Source of the DNA: Euprymna scolopes
Lineage: Eukaryota
DNA length: 64,000 nt
Reading direction: 5' to 3' (one strand)
Assembly (NCBI GenBank): GCA_053919585.1
Contig: CM132787.1
Shown here: piece by piece, positions 34,933 to 47,520 of the stretch
How positions within the stretch are numbered: position 1 is the first letter of the stretch
Layout of the letters: each line of letters opens with the position of its first letter
Notes under the pieces: generated by a model
Databases searched by the model: none
The model's input: only the letters and a program-made list of their open reading frames with translations
What the model was told of the DNA's origin: nothing
Program-made: the position numbers and the translations under genes

Positions 34933-35679
34933 ATGACCGAGTCGAAATTTGACTTAAAGCTCATACCCGAGTTTGACGGGTCCACGTCCATAGTCGACTG
35001 GGTTGAAAGGGTCGAGCTGACGTGCGACCTTTGTGAGGTGAAAAGGGTACACACTGTAATTCCCCTGAGATTGGCTGGGGGTGCCTTGAGTGTATATCAG
35101 CAACTCAGTGCTGCCGAAAAGGGAGATGTCACCGCAATTAAAGCTGCGCTGTACAAGGCATTTGCCATGGATCCTTGTACGGCCTATGAAAAATTTGCTT
35201 CTCGAAAACTTCTATCGGAGGAAAGCGTGGACGTTTTCTTCGCTGAGTTAAAGAAACTCGCAGTTCTGTTCGGTGGAGGGGTGTCGGAGCGGACGCTCGC
35301 GTACGCGTTTGTGGCGGGCCTTCCCACTCGGGTTAAGCAGCTACTGAGAGCCTCAACCAGCGTTTCAACAACGACCATGGAACACTTGATGGAATGTGCT
35401 CGAGCCATCATCAAAGATGAGGAGGACCTGGGGGAACCAGTTGTGATGGCGACACAGACAGGCCAGATTGGCGCTCGGGAGGTTCTGAATCAGAACCCTG
35501 CAAGCAATGGGAAATGTTTTCGCTGCGGCCGACGCGGACATTTTGCAAGGAATTGCACCAACAGGGGGCGTGTGCGCTGTTTTAAGTGTGGCGGTTTGGG
35601 GCATCTAGCCCAAAACTGTGCGGGAAACGTATCAGGGGAGAGGACGTCAGCGCCGCCCTGCTCCCCGAGCAAAATTTGA
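34933..35679 (+). CDS. gag: Gag (248 aa from ATG 34933) with two CCHC zinc knuckles
   Basis: Open frame; IPEFDG..VDWVERVE capsid-like N-terminus; CFRCGRRGHFARNC and CFKCGGLGHLAQNC. Confidence 0.93.
   Translation: MTESKFDLKLIPEFDGSTSIVDWVERVELTCDLCEVKRVHTVIPLRLAGGALSVYQQLSAAEKGDVTAIKAALYKAFAMDPCTAYEKFASRKLLSEESVDVFFAELKKLAVLFGGGVSERTLAYAFVAGLPTRVKQLLRASTSVSTTTMEHLMECARAIIKDEEDLGEPVVMATQTGQIGAREVLNQNPASNGKCFRCGRRGHFARNCTNRGRVRCFKCGGLGHLAQNCAGNVSGERTSAPPCSPSKI
35622..35666 (+). promoter_or_regulatory. -1 programmed ribosomal frameshift signal
   Basis: Slippery heptamer G GGA AAC (35622-35628) is in the gag frame, followed by a 6-nt spacer and a GGGGAG..CTCCCC stem-loop. Pol is in the -1 frame. 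Confidence 0.85.
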
Positions 35680-38600
35680 ACAAGGCGCAACCAGTAATAA
35701 CCGTCTACGTAAACAGGATACCCTGCTCAGCACTTCTCGACTCAGGCTGTTCGCATACTATAGTGAGCACCAGGCTGTGTCCAAGTTGGACTAAGAGGAA
35801 GATCAAAGTCACCACGATAGGAGGCGAGACCCAGACATGCTGTGGAGCTGGAACTGTCAAGATCTACACGGACACCGGTGCAGCCACTAAGATCAATGTG
35901 CTCGTGACCCAAGGAAATCTCCTGGGGTTTGACCTGTTGCTCGGATACGATGCCATCAAGGCGCTGGGGGGAGTCGCAATTCATCGAGATGGAAAGGTGC
36001 GATTCTTAGAGGCCCCAGTGTGTGCAGCGCTCCATATCGATCGGCCGGATTTTACAGTGGACTACGACTCGCGCAAGAGGGCCTGGATTGCATCTTGGAA
36101 GTGGACCGAGGGAATGGCACCGACTAAACTCAAGAATGGGGTTGCAGAGTACCCTATACCCAGTGACGCCCGAGCAGAATACGAAAGGGAACTAAAGGCG
36201 TGGATCCAAGATGGCTGGTTAATCCCCTACCCTGAGGACAAGCTTGGGCCTCCGAAGGGTCTAATGCCCTTGATGGCAGTAGTCCAGCATAACAAGTCGA
36301 AAGTACGGCCCGTGCTGGACTATAGGGAGCTTAACAAGCATATTGAAGCCTACACTGCCGATGCTGACGTATGCGCCAGTAAGTTGAGGGAATGGCGTCA
36401 GAAAGGCACTAATGTCTCAATATTGGATTTACGAAAAGCCTATTTACAGGTGCGAGTTGATGAGACGTTGTGGCCGTTCCAGACAGTTTGGTTCCAGGGG
36501 CAGAGGTACTTCCTTACACGCCTTGGCTTCGGCCTAAATGTGGCACCACAGATCATGAAGACTATTGTCAACACAGTATTGTCCCAAGAAAAGCCCATGA
36601 GGGACTCAACTTCAGCTTACGTTGATGACGTATACGTCAATGAAGATGTACAGTCTGCGTCGTGTGTCAAAGAAAAGTTGGCTCAGTTTGGTCTGGAATG
36701 CAAGAATCCCGAACGTTTAAGGGAAGGAGCACGTGTATTGGGATTGGATGTTTATGAAGAGGATGGCACCCTACAATGGAGGCGTGCCAGTGAAATTCCA
36801 AGCATCCCCAACCTCGTTACAAGGCGGACCATTTTTTCTTGGTGTGGAAAACTTGTTGGTCACTTACCGGTCTGTGGCTGGCTCCGCGCAGCTGTTGGTG
36901 TGATTAAACGCAGAGCAAATTTAACAACCACGGGTTGGGATGACATATCCGATGATGTCCTACTAACTCTGATGATTAAAGAGACACTGGAGAGAGTGAA
37001 CAAGAAGGACCCTGCCTGTGGGCGGTGGTGTGTTAACGGAGACAACGTAGGTGTGTGGGTTGATGCCAGTTCTTTGGCGTTGGGAGTATCATTGGAGCAA
37101 GGAGGAAACGTGTTCAAGGATGCGTGTTGGCTGCGGCCCGTAACAGATTCTCAGCATATCAACCTGGCAGAGCTGGAAGCTGTTGTAAAGGGGGTAAATC
37201 TGGCCCTGCAGTGGCAGTCTAAGAAGTTGACCTTGTACACAGATTCTCTCTGTGTCTACCACTGGGTGTCTGACACACTTTCAGGACGGACACGAATCCG
37301 TACCAAGGCAGCAAGCGAAATGTTAATACGGAGAAGGCTAGACACGCTAAAAAACCTGGTATCTGAGTATGGGCTATCACTGAGCGTCACTCTGGTGCCA
37401 TCACATTGTAATCGTGCTGACCAACATACCCGTGTACCTCACAAATGGTATGAAGCCGCGAAGATGGGAATGGAGATTACTGCTCGATCTTGTGCAGTTT
37501 CAATCGACCCATGTCAAATACAAAAAATTCATGCACAGAGCGGACATCCGGGTATTAAGAGGGCCCTTTATTTTGTGAGGCGTGCATACCCAGCAGTGAC
37601 CAAGATGGATGTCAGACAGATCGTCAGAAATTGTGAGGCTTGCCAGTCTATTAGTCCTGCACCAGAGCGATGGCAGAAGGGTCGCTTGGAAGTTGAGAGT
37701 GTGTGGCAGCGGCTGGCCATGGATATTACACATTACAGTGGCAAGCCCTTTCTAACTCTCATTGATTGCGGGCCTACGAGATTTGCGGTGTGGCGGCAGA
37801 TGACCAGACAGGATTCAGCAAATGTTGTTCGCAACCTATCATCCATTTTTTTTGAGCGAGGTGCGCCGGAAGAGCTCCTGACTGACAATGATGCAGCGTT
37901 TTGTAGCCAGCAAGTCCGGCAGTTGTTAGATGAGTGGGGCGTCCGTCTATGGTTGCGATGTGCGCATGTGCCATCAGGAAATGGCATTGCTGAAAGAAGC
38001 CATCGCAGCATCAAGAGAATTGCTGCCAGGAAGCGATGTACTATTGCGGAAGCAACATATTGGTACAACATTACGCCATAGGACGGGACGTCCCCTTCAA
38101 CCGCACCTGCGAATGCTATTTACACGTACCGAGTCGGAGTGAAGGGAATCAACACTACGCAGCCAACCGACAAGGGAACATATAACAGATATGAAGTGGG
38201 AGATCCAGTGTGGGTGCGGCCTCCAGGAAATCGGTGCACCGACAAGTTTAAGCGAGGACACATATCTGGAGTGATTAGCCAGCAGTCTGTTTTGGTCGAT
38301 GGAACCCCACGACATGTGCGAGATCTTCGCCCAGCTACCGAGGTGCGTCATACAACTACAGAAGAAAGCAGTGAAGCGTCTAGCGATGAGCTGCCGATGC
38401 ACGGATTCAGTGAGCCCCTTCCAGAGACTGATAGCGATACTTCATCTGATGAGGCGGAACCAGATCCAGAGCCCGAATCTGAAACAGTGAATGTACCTCT
38501 TCGCAGAAGCACACGCACTAAAAGGCCACCCCCCAGTGCTCTCCGTGATCATCAGATCAGGGGGGAGTGTAACGTGCATCCAGGAGATAAGCGCCCGCGT

Positions 38601-38777
38601 GTTTGCGTGTTGTGTGGGTACGTGGGAGAGACGGATGAGGGGAAAAAGACTTACCTCGAGACCAGCTCAGCGTTACCGACCAAAAATAGAAAAGAGGGAC
38701 CAAGATGGCGACCGTCGTCTTTTGTAAAGTATGATGTCTCTCAAAGTCACACGAATTCTCGGAATATGCAAATTTAG
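35622..38777 (+). CDS. pol: Pol (protease, RT, RNase H, integrase) with one in-frame TAG at 38079-38081
   Basis: LLDSGCS (PR); LDLRKAYLQ/YVDD (RT); VDAS..AELEA..YTDS (RH); H..GH..CEAC and MDITH/TDND/AERS (IN). The same frame continues after the TAG (VGDPVWV, PLRRSTR) to 38777, inside the 3' LTR. Confidence 0.92.
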
Positions 38778-38949
38778 CCGGCCTAGAACGACGATAAAAG
38801 CGGGTGAGGGGAAAGACGTGGGGAGGGACGATTGAGTTGGCTGGGGAATCGTGTGGCTGTTGCTTCTTGTGCTGTGTTGAGGATATCTTACCGAGTGAAA
38901 GAGAGAGTCAGGCGCCATCTTTAATTTTTCCTTACATTTTTTTCTTACA
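38568..38949 (+). repeat. 3' LTR (382 bp)
   Basis: Follows the PPT. Differs from the 5' LTR by 5 substitutions and a 1-nt T-tract indel. Confidence 0.97.
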
Positions 38950-41713
38950 CTTATATTAAAAGTAAACATTTGGTTCACGAATTACACCAATATTCCACGT
39001 TGACTACTGCGCATGGATTGTATAATTGTCTGCAGATTACTCATTGTTATTGATAAATAATTCCACGAGTGAATGATTCAAAAATGATTACAACTATATA
39101 TTTTTATAAAACCGTTCTAATTGGCTATACAATTGTATCTTCATTTTATAACCCAAGTGTAGCTTGATCTACAATTGGTTTGGTAATACAAATTTAATTA
39201 GAACGGATTTTGTACATCGCTTGTGGAGTTTTTGCAAAGAGTTGCCGAAACATACGCAAAAATCATATTAAGCGTGCTTTTAATGTTTAGTTTAAGCATT
39301 AATTCGCATTCTCAGTTTATTCTTATTAGCCCTTGATATAGGGCATGTTTTCAGGTCAGTAAAATTCCTATTATAGCATTAGCACAGATAGGTAGCGTAT
39401 TGCGTGTTTCATAAGTTTTATGAAATAATATGTAATATATCATGAAAATACGTCGTGCTATCTTATTACTTGAATGAGATTAATACACTCTAATTATATA
39501 ACAGGGTTTTTTACTACTATTCTTGGTTAATTGGATGTATACGATATACATTACGCTTGAATAAGGCCTACAAAACATCTATTCACAATAAAGGTTACTA
39601 TGAATATATATTAAAAACACCAGAAAGTGCATTAACTTTTCAAGCATAATTAATCTTAATCAAATGTATGTTAACTTCATAGATCCATTCTATAATCTAT
39701 CATAGAAAAACATTTGAAATGTTCTTGGCCAAAGCAACTGTGTATTAGGGTAATGATCCTATACTACCGAAAATAAATTATAAACACTATTGAATTTAAA
39801 ATGTCTAAAAGTGTGTTAATATTTTCATCAAAAGCGTAGCTATTTAAATGTTAAATTACTCCACATAAATCTTATTATCGATCTTAATCACAGGATTCGG
39901 AAGTCAAATTATTTCAGGTGTGGAATTCGCATATTATGACGGTTAAAACGCAGTAAAAATCTAATCATGTGGTTACATATAAAACCTTAAATATCATACG
40001 TGTGCGTCAGTTTAAATGGTAAGATAAGCATAAGCTAAAAATAGCATGTAGTATCATATCAAATTTATCGTGAATAGATAACACATAGTTTGTAATATTT
40101 TTTTCAACATTTTAAACAGTATCCCAGAAATAAGTTTGGCAGAAAAATTAAAACTGTAAACTTTACATTTCTTATCTTCCATATTTATTAGTTAAACGTA
40201 AAAAATTTTACCTCTTTTACCCACATAAATTATTATTTCATGTGAAATGCAGTGAAAATGCAACATTCATCTTTGAAGTATCATTTCCATGCAGCAGTAA
40301 TAACTAACAACGTACATCTAGCGCAGCACGAATTTGTTGGAGAGATATAGAACATAGAGCCTACAATGACTGTTCACAGCTCGTGGTAAGGAAGCGAATC
40401 TGTATAAAAATACCGCTGATAGGGCATCATTTTAAATTACCCATATTACATATATTGTTGATATCACAGTAAACATGTAAAACATTTATACTTAACATTT
40501 AATAATTTCCGTTGTAATTACATAAGAAGTCATAGGTAAGCATATGTCAGAGTAAGTAACGATTAGAAATCAACTAATAAGTTGAAAAACAATTTTAATA
40601 AAAACATATTTTCGCGATTATACCGGAAGTGTACTTTTATCTTTGTGTTTATTTAATAAGAAGGTCCTATTCTTCTATCTTTATCCAATTTTTGACTTGG
40701 GCCTATACGAATTTCTGTGTTTTAGGAGACTTTCACAATTACATGTTTATTTGTAAATAAAAAAAAACCTTGAGGGATGAAGTGAAAATTTAGTTAATTT
40801 TGCTCCATTTGTGTTTAATGATGCTCGATCACATTCTGTGAAAATATGAAATATTCTAAATTTTAATAGATAAAAAGCATCCTTTTAGAAAAGACTTAAA
40901 TATACACGGAAAGTAAGGTGGTGAGTAGTTTACATTCGTGCATATTAACTATTGTAAACAATTTCAAAACATATGGATTTTCTTAATTACACCCTGAATT
41001 TGTTTATTCTTGCATTAAATTAAACAAACTTAATATATGTTACGTATGTTACAGACAGTTGTCTAGCAATAATGTATCTATATTTATGAAGAAGCGTCAC
41101 ATAGTTGATGAGCAAATACCATATATACGGCTATATAAAACATAAACATATATATATATATATATATTGTAAATAGGAGAGGAAAAAACAGTGAAACGGT
41201 AGCATTAAAGACAACATTTAATACAACGCATTAAGATGATTATATCCTATTGCAAAGTTTAAAATAACATTCAAATGAAAACTTCCTATTTTTAGAAGTT
41301 GTTTACATACATATTAGTAGCAAATCGCATAATCTAGCGTGGGGTTTCATCTGATAATACAACTCTGATATAAATTTATAAGATGGGTCGCTATATTTCC
41401 GACTAAGGTTATTTTTTGCGCTGGGTTGAAAAGTGTTGTCTATATGTTTGGAGGTCAATAAAGAATTCAGATTTGCTGAAGTGTTATTTTCTTTACATCT
41501 ATCTCATAGATATGTCATATTCCGACTAATAGAATGGGCATATACTTTTAAACTCTTTTGCTAAAATTATTACCATTGAAAAGATAAAGTTTAGATTATT
41601 AACAAGTAAAGAAGAATTCTCTACTGAGAATTTATTATTAAATAACTTCTGATTAATTTGAGGCGATATTTTGTAGCGATCTAGTGGTTATGTAACATAT
41701 GTATATGTATACA

Positions 41714-41764
<51 letters not shown>

Positions 41765-42036
41765 CAATGTTTTTTTTGAAAAATCAAAGACTCACGTTTT
41801 CTTTTTTATAACCTTCGTTTATTTCCTAGATTCTTCCGTTATAGTTGTTTCATTAATGAGTGGCAAGTTTACGATTTATGTTTCCGTAAAAAATCCTGTC
41901 CCCACCAACTTCTTCAGATGTTTATCCCTTAGATTTTTACAAGAAATGGTATATTTTAACATGCTGAAAATGAAGATTTCCACAGCCATGCTTCCTCACT
42001 TCCTCCATCTTTTGTTATTATGCCAAGATACCTTAA

Positions 42037-42074
<38 letters not shown>

Positions 42075-42450
42075 ATACATATATATACATGCATGTAACC
42101 ACATGCGTATCTATATGGACATATAGGATATGTTTCATTCTATGAATGTATACATTTTTAACTTAATTTAATAAGTGTGTGATGAAATGAAACGAATGTG
42201 ATTAGAGTCTTAAATAGGTTAGCCGATTGGCAATATATCCCATGATAATTCAAGGACAAAGCGGCGTATTATATTCTAAAGAATTTATCAATGTTGCCTT
42301 TATTCGAAGACATTTCTTTTCATTTTTATTATTAAATTGCATGTAGTAATTTGAAACGAATAATATTTAAATCGATTCTTAAAATGCATGCATATGTATC
42401 GCATTATGAGTATAAGAAATCATAGATAATAATTTAGTAAGAAACTTATG

Positions 42451-42498
<48 letters not shown>

Positions 42499-44006
42499 CA
42501 AAAATGTATGATGACACTAGGAACAATTTTGATTGGCTAATCTAATAATCAAAACTCCTCCTAAACGATTAGCCTAATAGGCTTTAGCATCAAACGAAAG
42601 ACAATAATTTATTGTTAATCTTAGGGGGTGTTTATTTTTTCCCAAGTGACCATTTACAAACATAAAATTATACGAATCTACCTCAAAATACATTGCATAT
42701 AGGAAACTTTCCATTAACATCCAAATAGTACGCGAAATCAACCGCCATGTTGCTACGGCAACACGCACACAAGAAATATTATTTTTAATTATGAACTTCT
42801 CTTGTATTTAATATTTTATAACATTTTTGAATTATTTTAAAACTGACTTTTTCACTTAAATGATTACCGTAAAATTACAAGCAATAAACAATTACTTAAT
42901 CTTATAGACTTGCCTCCCTTTATTTACAAAATCATTTGGCAGAAGTGACGCCCGACATATTTTTTGCTACGGATGGTCAAAACTCTATTGAATGACCCCG
43001 ATTTTTATATAAGTTATATTTAAACAGCCTTTGTTTTTACCTAGAGGACTTTTTTTTAATTAGATTTATGAATCACTTTTTCCCGTTAATATGTTTATGA
43101 ACGTTTACCTAACGTTTTTAATTAAAGTTGCGTAAATGTCGATATCGTAATTTTGAAATTAAATCAGTGTAATTTTTAAAAATACAAAGAAAAACGAGAT
43201 GTTTTTCTTCAATTAAATTACAAACTTTAGTGGAATTTCCAAAACCTTTTACTTACATAATAAATAAACTTTATAGTTAATTTTAAAGACTGCTTTTAAA
43301 AATATATTTAACGAAAAGTTGTTGTTTATTATTGACATTTCTCCCGTATTAAATAATACATCCTAAAAACCCGTATCCATTTTAAGACAAAAAAAATTAA
43401 GAAGTATTACTTCCGACATCGATTTTGTTTATGAAACAATTATTTTTTTTATGTATATGTTCCGAAGTTCGAAACATAAATAAAAAAAAAAAAAAATCTT
43501 CCCAAATAAATTCATTTGGTAATCGCAAGAGGTTTCCAGCGTGGAAAATAATTTCTTGTAGACAGAAAAATGTTTTGCTCTATTGTTAATTATTCGATAA
43601 TCTTGCATGATTGGACCCGGATTCTCGGGATTTCCCGTAAAGCATTGATTGGGCGAGACCGGCAATCAACGGTTTAAACCGGGCTTTGTCACAGCTGCTT
43701 TAAATCAAAGAAACCGGAAAAAATACAAATGTATATAATAAAAGATAATTTTAAAAATTTTGCAGGACTCATATTTTTATTTATTTTATTTTACATATTT
43801 TGTTGTTGTTTTTTTGTAAAAAAAATATTTAAAAAAACTTTGTTTTTTTTTTCTTCAAGAAAAGATAAACGTTTTCCTTTTTTACCGTAACTTCTTAGGT
43901 GCAAGTACAAGTTTTTTTTTGTTTTTGTTTTTTTTGCGAATTTCTGTTTATTCAATTATTTTTGGAGAAACACAAAAGAAACACAGAAATTTTACACCAC
44001 CTCCCC

Positions 44007-44088
<82 letters not shown>

Positions 44089-45099
44089 GAAAATACGTAA
44101 AAAAATATATTTACGAACAGCGTGAATTGAGCGGAGTTGTACAACCATCACCCCCCCTGAAAATAATTGAAACAAACATCCTTACGTCGACATTTGAAAG
44201 GGGGGGGTTATGTTTAGTTTAAACGTTCTGGTAAATCAGACACTTGTTTTGTACCCAATAAATACGCGGGTATATCAAAACCACAGAAAGTAAAAATTAC
44301 ATGAGCTTACCACATTTGTAAGTAAGAAATGTTTTGGTTTTTCAAAGAAAAAAGATAGAATGGAGATGATTGCTTAAGATTACACCGAAAGTTGGTTTAA
44401 GTCTTTGTAATAATGAAACACATTTTCTTAAAAGGTATTAACGCAATAAGTTATTTTGTGAAAAACGATAGGATCCAGTATTTAGGATGAACCCCTATTT
44501 ATTTTATCCCCGGTTTCACTTGTTTCCATTTCTTTTGTAGTAAAACAGTATTTTCAATAAATACCCATGTGCAATTCATACTTCCTCATTAGGCAAACCG
44601 AATATTTTAAGGGATAATATAATTAACATCAGGTTTCAAGTTCTATAAAAAGTATTATTATATTAGAATAACTGAAACAAGTATAAAAATAAGTGTATTA
44701 TTAACGATTGTTTAAATTGTTTATCAATTTTTTCGGTATTTATTATTGGGTTAATCACGGTATTATCATATATAATGACAAATGCTTCTGGTGATTACCA
44801 GCACTTTCTTTAATTGAAAGTAGGTTTTATATTACACATGTATCATGATTGCACTTTTTAAAACATTATATTACATTTGGTACCCGAAAATTGTTTACAT
44901 TCGTAATTTCACTCGCATCCGTTAAAATATCAAAAGGAAACTTACCATTTTTTATTAGTAGTTTATTTACTTCTTCCTTATTATTATAGCTCGATTCAAA
45001 CATTTCGATGGACCCATTTAGTTGTGAATTATATGTAAATCCATAAATAATAATGTTTTCTGTTGATATTAATCTTTCCTGACAAAACTTATACATATA

Positions 45100-45553
45100 C
45101 TAGCAGGCCGCCAGGCATTTTCATGGCTTAAATACACATAAATAATATTATCCTTATAATTATGTATGATTCTTATTTATTATCAGAGAGTCATTTATGT
45201 AGTAATTATATATCTAATGTTTAGTGCTAATTTGGGAAGTTATTAAAAATATGATTGAAATGTTATCTACTAGAATCGAAATTAGAACCTTTCGGGCTTA
45301 GTAGTTATTTACACTCCAGCATGCTTACCGTCCGTGCTTTCGACAAATAAATATAAAAAATGCAAACGTAAGCAATTGGGCATTAGATGTTTAACTTTGC
45401 CTGCACAGACAAGCAACAAAAGATATTCCTCGACTTACACTGCCGAAAGTGAGATATCAAATTTCAACATTAACTACAAATTTTCAGAGAATAGTGTGGT
45501 AGTCACGTTAACCGTCTATAAACACCAATTTAGTCTCCCGTTTCATATATAGA
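45100..45553 (-). mobile_element. Putative short non-autonomous Helitron
   Basis: Minus strand TCTATATATGAAA ... degenerate hairpin .. CTAG|T. Confidence 0.45.
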
Positions 45554-45662
45554 AAACCCCGTGTTTTCTATTTAAAACAAATAGGAAAATGTACTTCTTA
45601 ATGGCTTAATGCGTCTACTTCCGCATAATTGTGTAGAATTTACAATGAACATATATATATAT

Positions 45663-47165
45663 GTCCAGTTGAAGGTGAAGACATTAATTTTCTCAGCCAA
45701 TTGTTCGATATTTGTCGTCTGAAAGGTCGGACTTTTAAACGATACTGATCTTGGTAAAATCGGCCGCCTCTCTCAAAAGTTCAAGGCAGACATGCAAACA
45801 TACATACACACATTTACATATTGGTAACTAACAATTTTCGACACACACCGATTAAAAAGCTTGCCCTATCTCTGAAAACCATTTATGATAAATGTCAAAT
45901 GTTTACACCAGAAATTGTCTGCGTAGAGACAGAAGAGGTAATTTTTTTTTTTACTTTGACCCCTATTATGACCCCCTAAAGATTTATTGTTTAGGGTTCG
46001 AATCAAGTTATTACGTTAGATCCGTGTCCAGGAAACCTATATCTTGAATTTCAAGTATTTAGACCCCAAATTCTCGGAGGAGATTATTGGGGTTCTCAAA
46101 GGTCAAATCGTTGAACTTTGACTCCTTAACAGTAAAATTTCTGGCAGAAAACCGATCCAATAGATTTTCCCTAATCTCAGTACACCGTATATAAAATTTC
46201 GAGTCTCTAGACTCAAAATTGACGCAGTTATTGCGTAGGGAAATGTGCACGGACAAATACACAGACAGAAACACATGCACGTTCATTTTATAGATATTAT
46301 ACTAGCATGGGTGCCCGGCGTTGCCCGGGTGTGAGGTGTATGCTTAGCAAATAAAAAAAGGATGATTTTTTTTAAAATGTGACCCCTATTATGACCCCTT
46401 AACATTTATGGTTTAGGGCTCTATTCAAGTTATTAATTTAGATCCATGTCCACGACACCTATATCTAACCTTTCAAGTATTTAGACCCAAAATTGCCAAA
46501 GGAGTTCTCAATAGCCAAATCCTTGAACTTTTAAAGTCAATTTCTGACCGAAAGCCGACCCCATTGATTTTTTCCACATCTCAGTTCCTTGTATATCAAA
46601 TTTCGAGGATGTAGACTAAATAGTGGCATAGTTATTCCGTAGGGAAATGTCCACAGACAGACACACAGACAGAAACACAGACACGGCCACTTTTATAGAT
46701 ACTATACTAGTATGGGTACCCGGCGTTGCCCTGGTGTGAGGTGTATACCGAGCAAAAAAATGGTCAATTTTTTTTAAATTTGACCCTACTATGGCCCCTA
46801 AACATTTAATTTTAAGGGTTCTAATTAAGTGATAAAGTAAGATCCATGTCCAAGGAAACTATATCTAAAATTTCAAGTATTTAGACCCCAAATTCTCGGA
46901 GGGGTTTCGTGTAGTTCTTAAAGGTAAAATTGTTAAATTTTGACCCCTTAACAGCCAAATCCCTGGCTAAAAGCAGATCACAAAGTTTTTCTCAAATCTC
47001 AGTACCCTTTTTATCAAATTTCGAGTATGTAGACTTAAAATATACGGAGTGTTGCGTAGGGAAATATACACAGACAGACACACAGACAGACACACCGACA
47101 AATCCACAGACACGTTCACTTTTATAGATACACTAGCAGTTCCGCCCGGTTTTGCTAGGACCCTA
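45663..47165 (-). mobile_element. Head-to-tail array of non-autonomous Helitron units (45663-46301, 46302-46706, 46707-47132, plus a further 3' end at 47133)
   Basis: Repeated body (TGACCCCTATTATGACCCC, GATCCATGTCCA, CAGA repeats). Each junction shows CTAG plus the CCCGGCGTTGCCC hairpin (degenerate at 47133) abutting the neighbouring unit's TC start. Confidence 0.8.
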
Positions 47166-47520
47166 TGTACTGTTAATAGCTTATGTGCATATGTATATAT
47201 TAAAAAGTGTGAATATGTAAAGTAATGCCTTTCTGTAATATAGTCTTCCTTAACAACCATAGAAAAAAGACNNNNNNNNNNNNNNNNNNNNNNNNNNNNN
47301 NNNNNNNNNNNNNNNNNNNNNNNNNNNNNNNNNNNNNNNNNNNNNNNNNNNNNNNNNNNNNNNNNNNNNNNNNNNNNNNNNNNNNNNNNNNNNNNNNNNN
47401 NAAATATAGAAAAGACTCCTGCGCAACTACCGAGAATCGAAACTAAAACGTTCAGCTCATGATATATTTTGCCTTTTCCGTCAATGACTGGGCAATGAAA
47501 ACATGATTACTGCAAGACTA

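Larger units (their letters stand above)
34520..38949 (+). mobile_element. Near-intact Ty3/Gypsy LTR retrotransposon (4430 bp), TSD CTTAT
   Basis: LTRs TG..CA at 34520-34902 and 38568-38949. Identical 5-bp TSD at 34515-34519 and 38950-38954. PPT AGGGGGGAG at 38559-38567. Domain order gag-PR-RT-RH-IN. Confidence 0.97.

Noticed and set aside
38139-38777. Separate third ORF (env-like) in the Gypsy element
   Set aside because: Same frame as pol after a single TAG; it has integrase C-terminal motifs and no signal peptide or TM segment.
40295-40410. Exon-like island
   Set aside because: Stops in all minus frames; the plus reading needs a poor acceptor.
45663-47165. CRISPR-like or simple satellite array
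   Set aside because: Units are ~400 bp with Helitron termini and no unique spacers; the context is eukaryotic.
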